Source: Acidimicrobiaceae bacterium (lineage in GTDB: Bacteria > Actinomycetota > Acidimicrobiia > Actinomarinales > Actinomarinaceae). Taken from it: a stretch of DNA of 64,000 bases. The stretch covers positions 90,587 through 154,586 of the forward strand of contig JAOOBM010000002.1 in NCBI GenBank assembly GCA_028404505.1. The letters are read 5' to 3'. The notes beneath the pieces were generated by a model. The model saw only the letters and a list, made by a program, of their open reading frames with translations, ran no database searches and was not told where the DNA came from. This document shows, piece by piece, positions 19,621-30,259 of the stretch. The stretch's first letter is position 1. Every line of letters begins with the position of its first letter. The translations under genes were made by a program, and so were the position numbers.

Positions 19621-20672
19621 TTGAAATTCCTGGATTTATCGATCTCCATACTCACACAAGATATCCGGACAATGATAAATTTCCTTTCATCGATATCGAT
19701 GATTCAGCAATTAATGGTGGCTTTTCAACAATACTCGCAATGCCAAATTCTGAAATACCTATTGACTCGATTAAAAACCTAAGAATTGCTCAGGAAATAG
19801 ATAAAAAATTAAAAACAAAGGTACATCGTGTTGGCTCATTAACAAAAAATTTAAAAGGAAAGGAGCTTGTAAATTATAAAGAATTCGTTGAAAACGGTAT
19901 CACAATTTTTTCCGATGATGGAAAATCTTTGATTGATGATCATCTAGCTGATGAGGCATTTAAACAAATCAGCAAACTTGGTGGTGCAGTTTTTCAACAT
20001 TGTGAAAAAAGTTGTCACTCAAAGCCTGGTGACATTGCTCCTCCAAATAGTAATAGTGACTTGATTCCAATAAATAATGATGAGGAGTTGGAAGTTCTTG
20101 AAAGAGACTTAAGTTTATCTCAAAAATATGGGACAAGATACCATGCTCAACACCTTTCAACTTTTGAAAGTGTTGAGCTGATAAAAAAAGCAAAACAAGA
20201 AGGTCTTCCTGTCACTGCAGAAGTGACACCACATCACATACTTCTAAATAATGAAAATTTAGACACAAATAATGGACTATTTAAGATGTATCCACCCCTC
20301 AGAACTGAAAAAGACAGAGAAGGATTGGTTGATGGGTTACAGTCTGAAATTATAGATGTCATTGCTACAGATCACGCACCTCATAAAGCAGAAACTAAAA
20401 ATGTGCCTTTTAAAGATGCTAATCGTGGCGTTGTTGGTCTTGAATCAGCTTTTCCCTTGATTTATAGTTCAAATATTTTTGATATAGATCAAATGTTGAA
20501 ATTTTTAGTTATAAATCCTACAAAAATACTCACTGAACTTGGTTACGAAATTCCCAAGACAGTAAATACATGGAAGAAATCAAAGTCAGTTTTTATTACA
20601 AAATCAAAATTCAAAAATTCATTATTTGAAAATGAAAATATAGAAATTGAAAGGGTTCTTTCAGGTGTATAA
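19617..20672 (+). CDS. pyrC: Dihydroorotase (amidohydrolase family).
   Basis: DLHTHTR metal-binding motif and a late DHAPH motif. It overlaps pyrB by 4 nt. Confidence 0.8.
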   Translation: MIEIPGFIDLHTHTRYPDNDKFPFIDIDDSAINGGFSTILAMPNSEIPIDSIKNLRIAQEIDKKLKTKVHRVGSLTKNLKGKELVNYKEFVENGITIFSDDGKSLIDDHLADEAFKQISKLGGAVFQHCEKSCHSKPGDIAPPNSNSDLIPINNDEELEVLERDLSLSQKYGTRYHAQHLSTFESVELIKKAKQEGLPVTAEVTPHHILLNNENLDTNNGLFKMYPPLRTEKDREGLVDGLQSEIIDVIATDHAPHKAETKNVPFKDANRGVVGLESAFPLIYSSNIFDIDQMLKFLVINPTKILTELGYEIPKTVNTWKKSKSVFITKSKFKNSLFENENIEIERVLSGV

Positions 20673-21765
20673 AAAAGCAATACTGTTGAATCAAAATGGT
20701 GATGAATTTCTAGGTTGGACAACTGAGTCATTTAAGCCAACAACTGGAGAACTTATTTTCAATACAGCGATGACTGGGTTTGTCGAAATATTAAGTGATC
20801 CATCATATATAAATCAGATTGTAACTTTTACTTCCTCTCATATAGGAAATTACGGTATGTCAAAAAATGATTTTGAATCCAATAAACCAAAAATTGAAGC
20901 AGCCATTGGAAATTCTTTTACAAACTCTCCATCTTCATGGCGATCTGAGAAATCAATAACGTCATGGTTGAAAGAATATGAGATTCCATACAGTGGTGGA
21001 TTTGATGTAAGAAATATAACAAAATATCTAAGAGACAATGGTTCGAGTATGTTTGCACTTGGTATAGATGTTGATACAAAAGATTTAAAAGAAATTTTAT
21101 CAAAAGCAAAAAATATTCTTGGTGATAGTTCAGCAATGACTGCAGGTAACCAGAATAATGAAAACACTCCAACTGAAGGAAAGATTGGAATTATAGATCT
21201 TGGAGCTAAAAGAAGCATTATAAAAGTGCTTGAAGACCATGATTACAAAGTTGTAATGATCTCACCCTCTTCAACATCAAATGAGATTTTAAAAATGAAT
21301 TTAAAAGGTCTTTTAATTTCGAACGGACCAGGCGACCCAAGATCATTGGTTACAGTAATAAATACTGTTCAAAACCTTATAGGAAAACTTCCAATATTTG
21401 GAATTTGTCTTGGTCATCAAATACTTGGTTTGGCTTGTGGTCTTAAAGTTAAAAAAATGCAGTTTGGTCATCATGGCTCAAATCATCCAGTTGAAATAGA
21501 GGGAATAAAAAAAGCACTAATAACCGCACAGAACCATGGTTTCTCTATTGAGGAGTTTGGAGATGGGTTTGAGCATGAAAATTTTGGAAACATTAATGTT
21601 TTTGCAAGGAATTTAAATGATGGAACAAATGAAGGAATTAGCCTGTGGGAATCTATGGCATACTCAGTTCAATTTCATCCAGAATCAGGACCTGGTACAA
21701 CTGATGGATTGCAAATTTTTAATCCTTTTTTTGAAATGATTGAGAAAAACTATGCCAAAAAATAA
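20665..21765 (+). CDS. carA: Carbamoyl-phosphate synthase small (glutaminase) subunit.
   Basis: Class I amidotransferase catalytic triad region GICLGHQ...H. Either the GTG at 20665 or the TTG at 20647 is a possible start. Confidence 0.85.
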   Translation: MYKKAILLNQNGDEFLGWTTESFKPTTGELIFNTAMTGFVEILSDPSYINQIVTFTSSHIGNYGMSKNDFESNKPKIEAAIGNSFTNSPSSWRSEKSITSWLKEYEIPYSGGFDVRNITKYLRDNGSSMFALGIDVDTKDLKEILSKAKNILGDSSAMTAGNQNNENTPTEGKIGIIDLGAKRSIIKVLEDHDYKVVMISPSSTSNEILKMNLKGLLISNGPGDPRSLVTVINTVQNLIGKLPIFGICLGHQILGLACGLKVKKMQFGHHGSNHPVEIEGIKKALITAQNHGFSIEEFGDGFEHENFGNINVFARNLNDGTNEGISLWESMAYSVQFHPESGPGTTDGLQIFNPFFEMIEKNYAKK

Positions 21766-24700
21766 AAAAATTAAGAGTATTTTGATAATTGGTTCGGGAC
21801 CAATTGTTATAGGTCAAGCTTGCGAGTTTGATTATTCAGGATCTCAAGCAGCTAAGGCACTTAAAAAAGAAGGATTTCGTGTAATTTTAGTTAATTCAAA
21901 TCCAGCAACTATTATGACAGATCCAGAAATGGCACATGCCACATACATCGAGCCTTTAACTCACGACTACCTAAAAAAAATAATCGAAATAGAAAAGCCT
22001 GATGCTGTTTTACCAACATTAGGAGGACAAACTGCACTTAACTTATCGATTGAATTAGAAAAAAGTGGTGTTTTAAAGGAAAATAAAGTGGAACTTCTTG
22101 GAGCCTCGGCCAATGCTATTGAGATTGCAGAAAACAGATGGAAATTTAAAGAAGCTATGGATGGAGTTGGTATTAAAACACTTAAAGCAACTTATGCTAA
22201 GTCTTTTGATGAAGGAATAAACGCTAGTAAAGAAATTGGTTTTCCATTAATGCTAAGACCATCATTTATTCTCGGTGGCGGTGGAACAAGTGTAGTGAAT
22301 AATGAAGAAGACTTTAAATCAAAATTATCTGATGCGTTTAATGCATCTCCTACTCAAGAAGTCTTAATTGAAGAATCAATTTATGGATGGAAAGAATTCG
22401 AACTCGAAGTAATGAGAGATAGTGATGGCAATGGTGTAATTGTTTGTGGAATAGAAAATTTTGATCCCATGGGCGTTCATACTGGAGACTCAATAACAGT
22501 TGCTCCTATTCAAACATTATCTGATAAAGAATATCAAACTATGAGGGATGAGGCACTACTTTGTTTGGATACTATTGGAATAGCAACTGGTGGTAGCAAT
22601 GTACAATTTGCTATAAACCCTGAAAATGGTGATAGAAGAATTATTGAGATGAATCCGAGGGTCTCAAGGTCCTCTGCTCTAGCTTCAAAAGCAACTGGAT
22701 TTCCTATTGCCAAGTTTGCTGCTCTGTTAGCGGTAGGTTACAACTTAACTGAACTTGAAAATGACATAACTGGAACAACACCTGCTAGTTTTGAACCCGT
22801 CCAAGATTATGTTGTGGTTAAAATTCCTAGATTTGATTTTCCAAAATTTCCATCAACAGATGACATATTAGGCACATCAATGCAGAGTGTGGGTGAAGTT
22901 ATGTCAATAGCTTCTACTTTTACAGAAAGCTTAACTAAAGCTATTAGGTCACTTGAAATTGGTAAATCAGGAATAAGAAATATAGACAATAGGTTTATAG
23001 GAATGCCAAAAGAAATTCTACAAGATGAAATCAGGACACCTAGACCTAGAAGAATATTTGCAATCCTTGAGGCAATTAGAAGAAACTGGCCACTTGAAGA
23101 CATTGCAAAAATATCTTCTGTAGATATATGGTTTTTACAAGAAATTGAAAAAAGTTTTAATGTTAACCCTGAAAATACTCCATCCTCTGTTCTCAAAATG
23201 CTTGGATGGACGGAAGAAGATCTTGATAATAAAGAGTCTAAAAATGAATTGGAAAGTAATAGAGTTTATAAGTTAGTTGATACATGTTCTGCGGAGTTCG
23301 AGTCCAAAACACCTTACTTGTATTCAACAAATGGTGTGAGTAACGACGATACAACTACCAACAAAAAGAAGGTTGTAGTTATTGGATCGGGTCCAAATAG
23401 AATTGGCCAAGGAATTGAGTTTGATTATTGTTGTGTTCATGGAATCAGTTCATTAAAAGAAAATGGATTTGAAGCAATAATGATAAACTCAAATCCGGAA
23501 ACGGTTTCTACAGATTACGATACTGCAGATAAACTATATTTCGAGCCTCTTACATGGAGAGAAGTAAAATCTGTACTAAATAGAGAGCAGCCTGATTCGG
23601 TAATAATTCAACTTGGAGGTCAAACTCCATTAAAACTTGCAAAAAATATATCCAAAGAAGGTTTTAATATTGCTGGGTCATCATTAGATGTAATTGACAA
23701 AACAGAAGATAGAGACCTATTTCAAAAACTATGTTTGGATCAGAATATTCGACAACCAGAATCTAAAATTGCAAAAAATGAAAACGAGCTAGTTGAAGCT
23801 GTAAGAGAAATAGGTTTTCCAGTCTTGTTACGGCCTAGTTATGTATTAGGTGGAAGAGCCATGAGGGTTGTTCAAACTGATGAAGAACTTGAAAATTATT
23901 TGGATATATTAGCGAGTGCAGATGAAGATGGTAATCCATTTAAATCTGGTCCTCTTTTAGTTGATCAATTTTTAACGGACACTATTGAGATTGATGTTGA
24001 CTTAATTTCTGATGGAAAAGAGGTTTATATAGCTGGAATTTTAGAACATCTTGAGCCTGCTGGAGTACATAGTGGTGATTCTACAGCTGTGATTCCTCCT
24101 TATAGTGTTGGTGAGGAAATGTTGAAAGAAATAGAGGAAAAAAGTAAAAAGCTTGCTTTAGGTCTAAATGTAAAGGGACTTCTAAATATACAATTTGCCA
24201 TTAAAGATGAAGAATTATTCATATTAGAAGCGAACCCTAGAGCATCAAGAACAATGCCATTCGTTGCAAAAGTAACCGGCAATCAAATTATTAAAGCTGG
24301 AACATTATTAATGCTTGGTTATTCAATTGACGAAGTTAGAAATAAGACTAAATACTTGAGTAGCTCATCAAATAAAGTTGCAATTAAAAAGGCTATATTT
24401 CCATGGTCTAGATTTCCAGCTGAAGACACTATGTTAGGACCGGAAATGAAAGCAACTGGTGAAGTATTAGGAGTTGGAAAAGAGTTTGGTACTGCATTAA
24501 ATAAAGCATATGCAGCTGCAGGTGTAGAAATTAATAATAAAGAGAAAGGAATATTTGTAACTTTAAGTGACAGCGAAAAGCCAAATTTTATTCAAACAGT
24601 AAATAAATATCTTGAACTTGGCTTTACACTTTACTCAACTGAAGGAACAGGAAAATTTCTTAAAACTAATGGTATTGATTCAGTAACAGTAGGTAAAGCT

Positions 24701-24934
24701 GATGACTTAGGACAAACTTCGTTAACAATAATTGAAGATAAATTAGTTTCTTTAGTAATCAATACACCAACATATGCAAATGAATTGTCAGATGGTTGGA
24801 AAATTAGACGTTTATCACATGAAACTGGAGTGGCGGTTGTTTCATCTGTAAGAGAAGCTGATGCATTTATTGAAGCATTTTTAAATCAGAACTTAGTGTT
24901 AGATGATCTGGAGGTTATACAAGATGTCAGTTAA
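21752..24934 (+). CDS. carB: Carbamoyl-phosphate synthase large subunit.
   Basis: N-terminus [30 protein letters not shown], duplicated ATP-grasp halves, and an MGS-like C-terminal domain. The ATG at 21752 overlaps carA by 14 nt. Confidence 0.9.
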   Translation: MPKNKKIKSILIIGSGPIVIGQACEFDYSGSQAAKALKKEGFRVILVNSNPATIMTDPEMAHATYIEPLTHDYLKKIIEIEKPDAVLPTLGGQTALNLSIELEKSGVLKENKVELLGASANAIEIAENRWKFKEAMDGVGIKTLKATYAKSFDEGINASKEIGFPLMLRPSFILGGGGTSVVNNEEDFKSKLSDAFNASPTQEVLIEESIYGWKEFELEVMRDSDGNGVIVCGIENFDPMGVHTGDSITVAPIQTLSDKEYQTMRDEALLCLDTIGIATGGSNVQFAINPENGDRRIIEMNPRVSRSSALASKATGFPIAKFAALLAVGYNLTELENDITGTTPASFEPVQDYVVVKIPRFDFPKFPSTDDILGTSMQSVGEVMSIASTFTESLTKAIRSLEIGKSGIRNIDNRFIGMPKEILQDEIRTPRPRRIFAILEAIRRNWPLEDIAKISSVDIWFLQEIEKSFNVNPENTPSSVLKMLGWTEEDLDNKESKNELESNRVYKLVDTCSAEFESKTPYLYSTNGVSNDDTTTNKKKVVVIGSGPNRIGQGIEFDYCCVHGISSLKENGFEAIMINSNPETVSTDYDTADKLYFEPLTWREVKSVLNREQPDSVIIQLGGQTPLKLAKNISKEGFNIAGSSLDVIDKTEDRDLFQKLCLDQNIRQPESKIAKNENELVEAVREIGFPVLLRPSYVLGGRAMRVVQTDEELENYLDILASADEDGNPFKSGPLLVDQFLTDTIEIDVDLISDGKEVYIAGILEHLEPAGVHSGDSTAVIPPYSVGEEMLKEIEEKSKKLALGLNVKGLLNIQFAIKDEELFILEANPRASRTMPFVAKVTGNQIIKAGTLLMLGYSIDEVRNKTKYLSSSSNKVAIKKAIFPWSRFPAEDTMLGPEMKATGEVLGVGKEFGTALNKAYAAAGVEINNKEKGIFVTLSDSEKPNFIQTVNKYLELGFTLYSTEGTGKFLKTNGIDSVTVGKADDLGQTSLTIIEDKLVSLVINTPTYANELSDGWKIRRLSHETGVAVVSSVREADAFIEAFLNQNLVLDDLEVIQDVS

Positions 24935-25562
24935 ACCAATTTTCTTTGCACTCGATGGTAAGTCCCTAAAAGAATTTCAAGAACAATTAGATGTCTTAAA
25001 GGATCATATTTATGGGGTAAAAGTTGGATTAGAACTTTTTACTTCCGAAGGCCCATCATGTGTTGAACAACTTAAGAATGATGGGTGGGTTGTTTTCTTA
25101 GATTTAAAACTACATGACATCCCAAACACTGTAGGTGAAGCTGCCGCTTCAGTTTCAAATATTGGGGCAGACTATTTAACTTTACATATATCATCTGGGA
25201 AAGAAGCATTATCAGAAGCTGTGGATAAAAAAAGTAAAGATTTAAATCTTCTTGGAGTCAGTAGTGCTTTAACAAGTAAATCAGTTGATTCAAATACAAG
25301 CAAGATTGTTAAAGATGAGTTTCAAATAGCTAAAGACTCAAATTTAGAAGGCGTTATTTGCCCAGCATCTGAAATTGCTAATACAACAAATTTATTTGAT
25401 CTAATTGTTACACCAGGCATTAGATTAGAAAATGATTTACATGGAGATCAAAAAAACATAACTACTCCTAAAAAGGCTATCGAGCTTGGAGCAAAATATA
25501 TTGTTATGGGACGATCAATTAAAAATAATCCTTCAATGGTAATAAATGAATTAGAAGTATGA
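24924..25562 (+). CDS. pyrF: Orotidine 5'-phosphate decarboxylase.
   Basis: FALDGKS...VKVG...[13 protein letters not shown] motifs (Asp-Lys-Asp catalytic region). The start at [11 protein letters not shown] overlaps carB by 11 nt. Confidence 0.8.
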   Translation: MSVKPIFFALDGKSLKEFQEQLDVLKDHIYGVKVGLELFTSEGPSCVEQLKNDGWVVFLDLKLHDIPNTVGEAAASVSNIGADYLTLHISSGKEALSEAVDKKSKDLNLLGVSSALTSKSVDSNTSKIVKDEFQIAKDSNLEGVICPASEIANTTNLFDLIVTPGIRLENDLHGDQKNITTPKKAIELGAKYIVMGRSIKNNPSMVINELEV

Positions 25563-26236
25563 ATAAATTTATTGCAGCACCCTTTGGAAACTACTTAAAG
25601 ACTAAAAACACTATTTCAGTATCTGGTAGTTGGACCGTTGAAAAAAGAACAGGTCGAATTGTTCAAATAGTTAAAACTTTACGATATACAAAACGTGGAT
25701 GGGTTAACAAAATTGGTTTAAGAAATCCTGGCTTAACAATTGGGCTTCCTAAACATAAGACTGATGAAGTCTTTTCAATTGCAGGAATAGAAAAAAATGA
25801 CTGGAGATTATTTGCGGAAAAAATACCAAATGATTTCAATATTGAAGTCAATATGTCATGTCCAAATATAGAGGCACATTACATTGACGGAATTGAAGAT
25901 TTTGAGCCAGATACAAGAAACTGGTACATAGGAAAAATTTCACCAATTACTACTTTTCAGGAATTAGATGAGTACATCAACAAATTTAGATTTAAACAGA
26001 TTCATGCATGCAATACATTGCCAATAGATAAAGGAGGACTAAGTGGTAAAGAGTTGATTCCATATACTTCAAAGTTTGTTAAACACATTAAAGATTCTTA
26101 TCCTGATATTGAAGTTATTGCAGGTGGAGGTATTGATTCTCTAAAAGACATAGAATACTATAAAAATATTGGTGCCGATCATATTAGTTTGGGTACTGTT
26201 TGTTTCAATCCACTAAAATTAAGAAAGTTAATATGA
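25559..26236 (+). CDS. Miniaturised dihydroorotate dehydrogenase-like FMN TIM-barrel protein (225 aa).
   Basis: Retains class-1 DHOD-like motifs: NKIGLRNPG, FSIAG, NMSCPN (catalytic Cys), IAGGGI, ISLGTV. Compared with ~310-aa DHODs it lacks about 30 N-terminal and about 30 central residues. Confidence 0.55.
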   Translation: MNKFIAAPFGNYLKTKNTISVSGSWTVEKRTGRIVQIVKTLRYTKRGWVNKIGLRNPGLTIGLPKHKTDEVFSIAGIEKNDWRLFAEKIPNDFNIEVNMSCPNIEAHYIDGIEDFEPDTRNWYIGKISPITTFQELDEYINKFRFKQIHACNTLPIDKGGLSGKELIPYTSKFVKHIKDSYPDIEVIAGGGIDSLKDIEYYKNIGADHISLGTVCFNPLKLRKLI

Positions 26237-26589
26237 ATTTATTTATTAGAGAAGATTTCATCTCCCATGCTGGCTTACCACTCACATGGAAAGTGGAATG
26301 TGATGCACTAGATGAAAATGACTACGAGGCATTGGCAAAAATAGTAAGTGAGAAAATGACTTTTAGAGATGTCAAAGGTATTCCACGTGGTGGCATACCG
26401 TTTGAAAAAGCGTTAAAACCTTACTGTTCAAATAATGATAAAGATCCATTACTAATTTGTGATGACGTTTATACAACTGGTACTTCTATGAGAGAAACAT
26501 ATGAAGATGGAGCATTAGGAATTGTTGTATTTGCTAGAAATGAAATTCAAGATGACTGGGTAAAAGCTATTTGGCAGTTATCAATATAA
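26233..26589 (+). CDS. Truncated orotate-phosphoribosyltransferase-like PRTase (118 aa).
   Basis: KGIP motif and PRPP-binding LLICDDVYTTGTSMRE resemble PyrE. The ATGA start overlaps the upstream stop. The spacing between the two motifs (about 28 residues) is much shorter than in E. coli PyrE (about 50), so the region of the flexible catalytic loop appears shortened. Confidence 0.5.
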   Translation: MNLFIREDFISHAGLPLTWKVECDALDENDYEALAKIVSEKMTFRDVKGIPRGGIPFEKALKPYCSNNDKDPLLICDDVYTTGTSMRETYEDGALGIVVFARNEIQDDWVKAIWQLSI

Positions 26590-26591
26590 AG

Positions 26592-27452
26592 ATGATAGAA
26601 AATAAGTATGCCTCAGCTTTAGATGGTCTTGAAATAGAAGATCCAGTAAAAAGCTTTTTTGATTTCTGTAAAGAACGAGAAAATATAAGAATTTCAAGAG
26701 AGAATGGTGAAGATTTTCCATGGAGTGCAGATGAAATTTTCCAAAATGGAAGGTTCCTGAATGTCTTTAGAGAAGATGATCGAGTTAGTAAATCTATTAT
26801 TAAATTTGCGAGTAATTTAAATGAAGAGCCATCAAAACTAATTAACGCTGTATTTTTTGCAAGGTGGTGCAATAGGCAAGAAGTTTTAGATACTTTAACG
26901 CCCGATGATTTAAATAATCCTGAAAACTTAAAAAATAAATTAGAAAGTATTGACCCATGGTGTAATGAAACTGCATATCCAGTTGAACCAGTTACATGGA
27001 GAGGTAAACAATACTCAAGAATTGATGCTGCAACTAAATTATTTTATGAGGTGCAAGATTCTTTATTAAATATTCTTGAAGCATCAAACAAGAGTGTGAT
27101 TACCGCAACCAACAACATAAATAAAAAATTTCAAATGCAAAATGATTTTCCAATTTTCATGGCAGTTATTGATATTGCTTGGTTTAGACCCGATATTATT
27201 CCAATTGAAAGTGAGGTTCCTACAGGAATAGGTGCTGATGCTTATCTGGATAGATTACAAAATCATCTTGGTTTAAGTTCCCACCAAGAAGTTGGTGAAA
27301 AAATGATTGAACTACAAAAAACATACTGGCCTGAAGCAAAACGTGGTTTTAATCCAATAGATATAGAATATTTAGCCTGTGAATGTAGAAAATACTATAG
27401 CTATATAAATGGGACGAAGGTTTTTGAAGGTAAAAACAAATTTATACCTTAA
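26592..27452 (+). CDS. Conserved hypothetical protein (286 aa), apparently co-transcribed with the pyrimidine operon.
   Basis: I recognise no family. It is Trp- and Cys-containing (ARWCNR, DPWCNET, IDIAWF, LACECRKYY). The ATG lies 2 nt after the upstream stop. Confidence 0.5.
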   Translation: MIENKYASALDGLEIEDPVKSFFDFCKERENIRISRENGEDFPWSADEIFQNGRFLNVFREDDRVSKSIIKFASNLNEEPSKLINAVFFARWCNRQEVLDTLTPDDLNNPENLKNKLESIDPWCNETAYPVEPVTWRGKQYSRIDAATKLFYEVQDSLLNILEASNKSVITATNNINKKFQMQNDFPIFMAVIDIAWFRPDIIPIESEVPTGIGADAYLDRLQNHLGLSSHQEVGEKMIELQKTYWPEAKRGFNPIDIEYLACECRKYYSYINGTKVFEGKNKFIP

Positions 27453-27884
27453 TTAGCTAAGTTTATTAATTCTATTTATGTATCTTTCCTCACTTAAAAA
27501 AGAGGAATTTAAAAATGACTCAGTTATTTCTTTTGCGGCCTCAATATCTAGATTTTCCGAGCCGAGACATAGAACATTTACATCATTATGTTCAACAGAT
27601 TGAATAGCGGTTTTTACATTAGTGACATTAGAAGCTCTTATACCTTTTACTTTATTTGCTGCAATAGACATCCCAACACCTGTCCCACAGATTAAAACTC
27701 CCTTTGTATCCTCATTATCCAAAACAAAATCAGTTACTTTCGTTGCATAATCTGGAAAATCACAAGGTTCAAAACTATCAGTTCCTAAGTCCTCAATTTC
27801 AAGATCAGAAGATAAAGATTCTATTAATAATTGTTTTAATTCAAAACCTGCATGATCAGAGGCAATAGCGATTTTATTAACCAC
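27453..27884 (-). CDS. rpiB: Ribose-5-phosphate isomerase B.
   Basis: RpiB/LacAB motifs IAIASDHAGFELK and GVLICGTGVGMSIAANK. Confidence 0.85.
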   Translation of the reverse strand: MVNKIAIASDHAGFELKQLLIESLSSDLEIEDLGTDSFEPCDFPDYATKVTDFVLDNEDTKGVLICGTGVGMSIAANKVKGIRASNVTNVKTAIQSVEHNDVNVLCLGSENLDIEAAKEITESFLNSSFLSEERYINRINKLS

Positions 27885-29254
27885 TAGATAAGCTTCTCTA
27901 TATCCAAAAGATCATCAATATCACCCTCTGACATTAATTCCTTACCAAGCAATACATCTTTTATTGTTAATCCATTTTCCATAGCTTCTTTAGCTACTTC
28001 AGCAGCAACGTCATACCCAAGCTTTGGCACAAGTGCTGTAACTAGGATTGAGTTTTTTTGAGTATCTTCATTTAGCTTTTGAGTATTTGCTTCTAAGTCT
28101 TTAATTAGTTTTTCCCCAAACACACTCACTCCAGTAGTGAGTAAAGCAATGCTTTCAAGTAGATTGTGAGCCATTACAGGAAGCATTGTGTTGAGCTCAA
28201 AATTTCCATTCGCTGATGAAAACGTAATAGTTGTATCGTTTCCAATAACTTGAGCTGATACCTGCATCATCATTTCAGGTATTACAGGATTTACTTTTCC
28301 TGGCATTATTGATGATCCTGGTTGCAAAGCAGGGATCTTCAAATCTCCTAATCCAGACACTGGTCCACTACCCATCCATCTAATATCATTTGCAATTTTA
28401 AAGAGCGATACTGCAAGTGCCTTCAAAGCACTTGATAAATGAACCACTTCTTCTCTTGATCCTTGTCTTGTGAAATGATTTTCAACTTCTTTAAAAGGTA
28501 TACCAATTGATGACTGAAGTTCGCTTGCAACATCAGCGCCAAAATTATTAGGAGCATTTATTCCAGTACCGACAGCGGTCCCCCCAATTGCTAATTTCTG
28601 AACATTATCTAAAGAGGCTTTAATGTCCCCTATTCTTTCATTTACTAAATCAGCATATCCAGAAAATTCTTGGCCTAAACTAACAGGTGTAGCATCCATT
28701 AGATGAGTTCTTCCATTTTTATAGACTTTCTCCCACTGTTTTGCCTTTTCATTAAGTAATGAAATAAGATTATCTAATTCAGGGATGAGCCCTTCAGTAA
28801 CATCTATTACAGCAGCAACATTTGTAGCTGTTGGAATAACATCATTTGATGATTGACTCATATTTACATGGTCGTTTGGATGTATTGATTCACCAGTTTT
28901 ATCAGATGCTATTTTTGCAATGATTTCATTTGCATTCATATTTGTAGAAGTGCCTGATCCTGTTTGGAAAATATCAACTGCAAAATCTTTGTCATGATTA
29001 CCTGAAATTACTTCTTCAGCACCATCAATAATTGCAGTTGATATTTTTTTATCTAATAATTTATTATTTTGATTTACTACAGCACAAGCTTTTTTAATTT
29101 CACCTAGTGCTCTTATAAATGATCGAGAGAACTTAAGTTCTGAAATTGGAAAATTTTCAATTGCTCTGGCAGTTGAAGCACCATACATAGCATCAATAGG
29201 TACTTCAAATTCACCCATTGAGTCTTTTTCTATTCTTGTTTCTTTTTTATTCAA
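27884..29254 (-). CDS. fumC: Class II fumarate hydratase.
   Basis: EKDSMG, FQTGSGTSTNMNANE, HPNDHVNMSQSSND, GSSIMPGKVNP and NFELN match FumC more closely than AspA. Confidence 0.8.
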   Translation of the reverse strand: MNKKETRIEKDSMGEFEVPIDAMYGASTARAIENFPISELKFSRSFIRALGEIKKACAVVNQNNKLLDKKISTAIIDGAEEVISGNHDKDFAVDIFQTGSGTSTNMNANEIIAKIASDKTGESIHPNDHVNMSQSSNDVIPTATNVAAVIDVTEGLIPELDNLISLLNEKAKQWEKVYKNGRTHLMDATPVSLGQEFSGYADLVNERIGDIKASLDNVQKLAIGGTAVGTGINAPNNFGADVASELQSSIGIPFKEVENHFTRQGSREEVVHLSSALKALAVSLFKIANDIRWMGSGPVSGLGDLKIPALQPGSSIMPGKVNPVIPEMMMQVSAQVIGNDTTITFSSANGNFELNTMLPVMAHNLLESIALLTTGVSVFGEKLIKDLEANTQKLNEDTQKNSILVTALVPKLGYDVAAEVAKEAMENGLTIKDVLLGKELMSEGDIDDLLDIEKLI

Positions 29255-29952
29255 TTTTCTTCCTGATATTGAGTGTATCCACCAGAATCGACTTCTTCAA
29301 TCAATTCATTTGAACCTGATTTAACGATTTTACCGTTAACAACAATGTGGACTTTATCAACATCAAGATATTTCAGTATTCTGCTGTAGTGAGTAACTAA
29401 TATATAAGATGTTTTTTCATCTCTATTTTCGTTAATCAAAGATGCAACAGATTTAATTGCATCAATATCTAAACCTGAGTCTATTTCATCAAGAAGGGCT
29501 AAAGATGGCTTCATCAATGATAATTGAAATAATTCTGATCTTTTTTTCTCCCCACCAGATAGATCAACGTTTACATCCCGATCTAGGAATTCTTCTAAGT
29601 TAAATCTTTTAGATGTTTCAATTAACTCATCTTCATCTACATTTTCTAGGAACGATTCTGTAAATTCTTTTAACGTAACACCTGGTAAACCTACGGGATA
29701 TTGAAATGATTGAAAAATTCCTTTTTCTGCTCTTTCAAACTGTGGAATTGATAATACGTCATCTCCATTAAGTGTCACCTCACCTTCTTTTTCATAATCG
29801 GTATTACCCATAAGCACATGACAAAGAGTTGACTTTCCTGAGCCATTTGGCCCCATGACTGCATGGAGTTCTCCACTGCTTATCTCTAAATCAATCCCCT
29901 TTAGAATTTCAACATCACCAATTGAGGCTTTTAGGTTTTCTATTTTAAGCAT
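29251..29952 (-). CDS. sufC: Fe-S cluster assembly ATPase SufC (copy 2).
   Basis: Walker A GPNGSGKST, the SufC signature region, and its position downstream of sufB-sufD. Confidence 0.85.
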   Translation of the reverse strand: MLKIENLKASIGDVEILKGIDLEISSGELHAVMGPNGSGKSTLCHVLMGNTDYEKEGEVTLNGDDVLSIPQFERAEKGIFQSFQYPVGLPGVTLKEFTESFLENVDEDELIETSKRFNLEEFLDRDVNVDLSGGEKKRSELFQLSLMKPSLALLDEIDSGLDIDAIKSVASLINENRDEKTSYILVTHYSRILKYLDVDKVHIVVNGKIVKSGSNELIEEVDSGGYTQYQEEN

Positions 29953-30259
29953 TTTCTTCCATTTCTAAATAAATAACTTCATCTTCGACAGTAATTTCAT
30001 AAGTAGCAACTGGTTTAGTTGCAGGTAAAGTTACAGCCTCTCCTGTTTTTAAATCAAATTCTGCACCATGCAATGGACATTCAATTTTACAATCAAATAC
30101 TTCTCCTTCAGCAAGTGATGCTTCTGCATGAGAACACATATCGTCTATTGCAAAGTATTCACCTTCAACATTAAAAATTGCTATGTCTTTATCATCAATA
30201 TTTACAACTTTTACAGAATTTTCATTTACCTCTGATGTGTTTATGGTCTTAACTTTCAT
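29945..30259 (-). CDS. Rieske [2Fe-2S] domain protein inside the suf operon.
   Basis: CSH...CPLHG Rieske ligand motifs (MCSHAEASLAEG, CPLHGAEF). Confidence 0.75.
   Translation of the reverse strand: MKVKTINTSEVNENSVKVVNIDDKDIAIFNVEGEYFAIDDMCSHAEASLAEGEVFDCKIECPLHGAEFDLKTGEAVTLPATKPVATYEITVEDEVIYLEMEENA

Noticed and set aside
27884-29254. Annotating the class II lyase as aspartate ammonia-lyase (AspA).
   Set aside because: FumC-specific blocks (FQTGSGTSTNMNANE, NMSQSSND, GSSIMPGKVNP with NFELN) fit fumarase better, although the PVIPEM stretch after the SS-loop is AspA-like. I called it fumC with moderate confidence.
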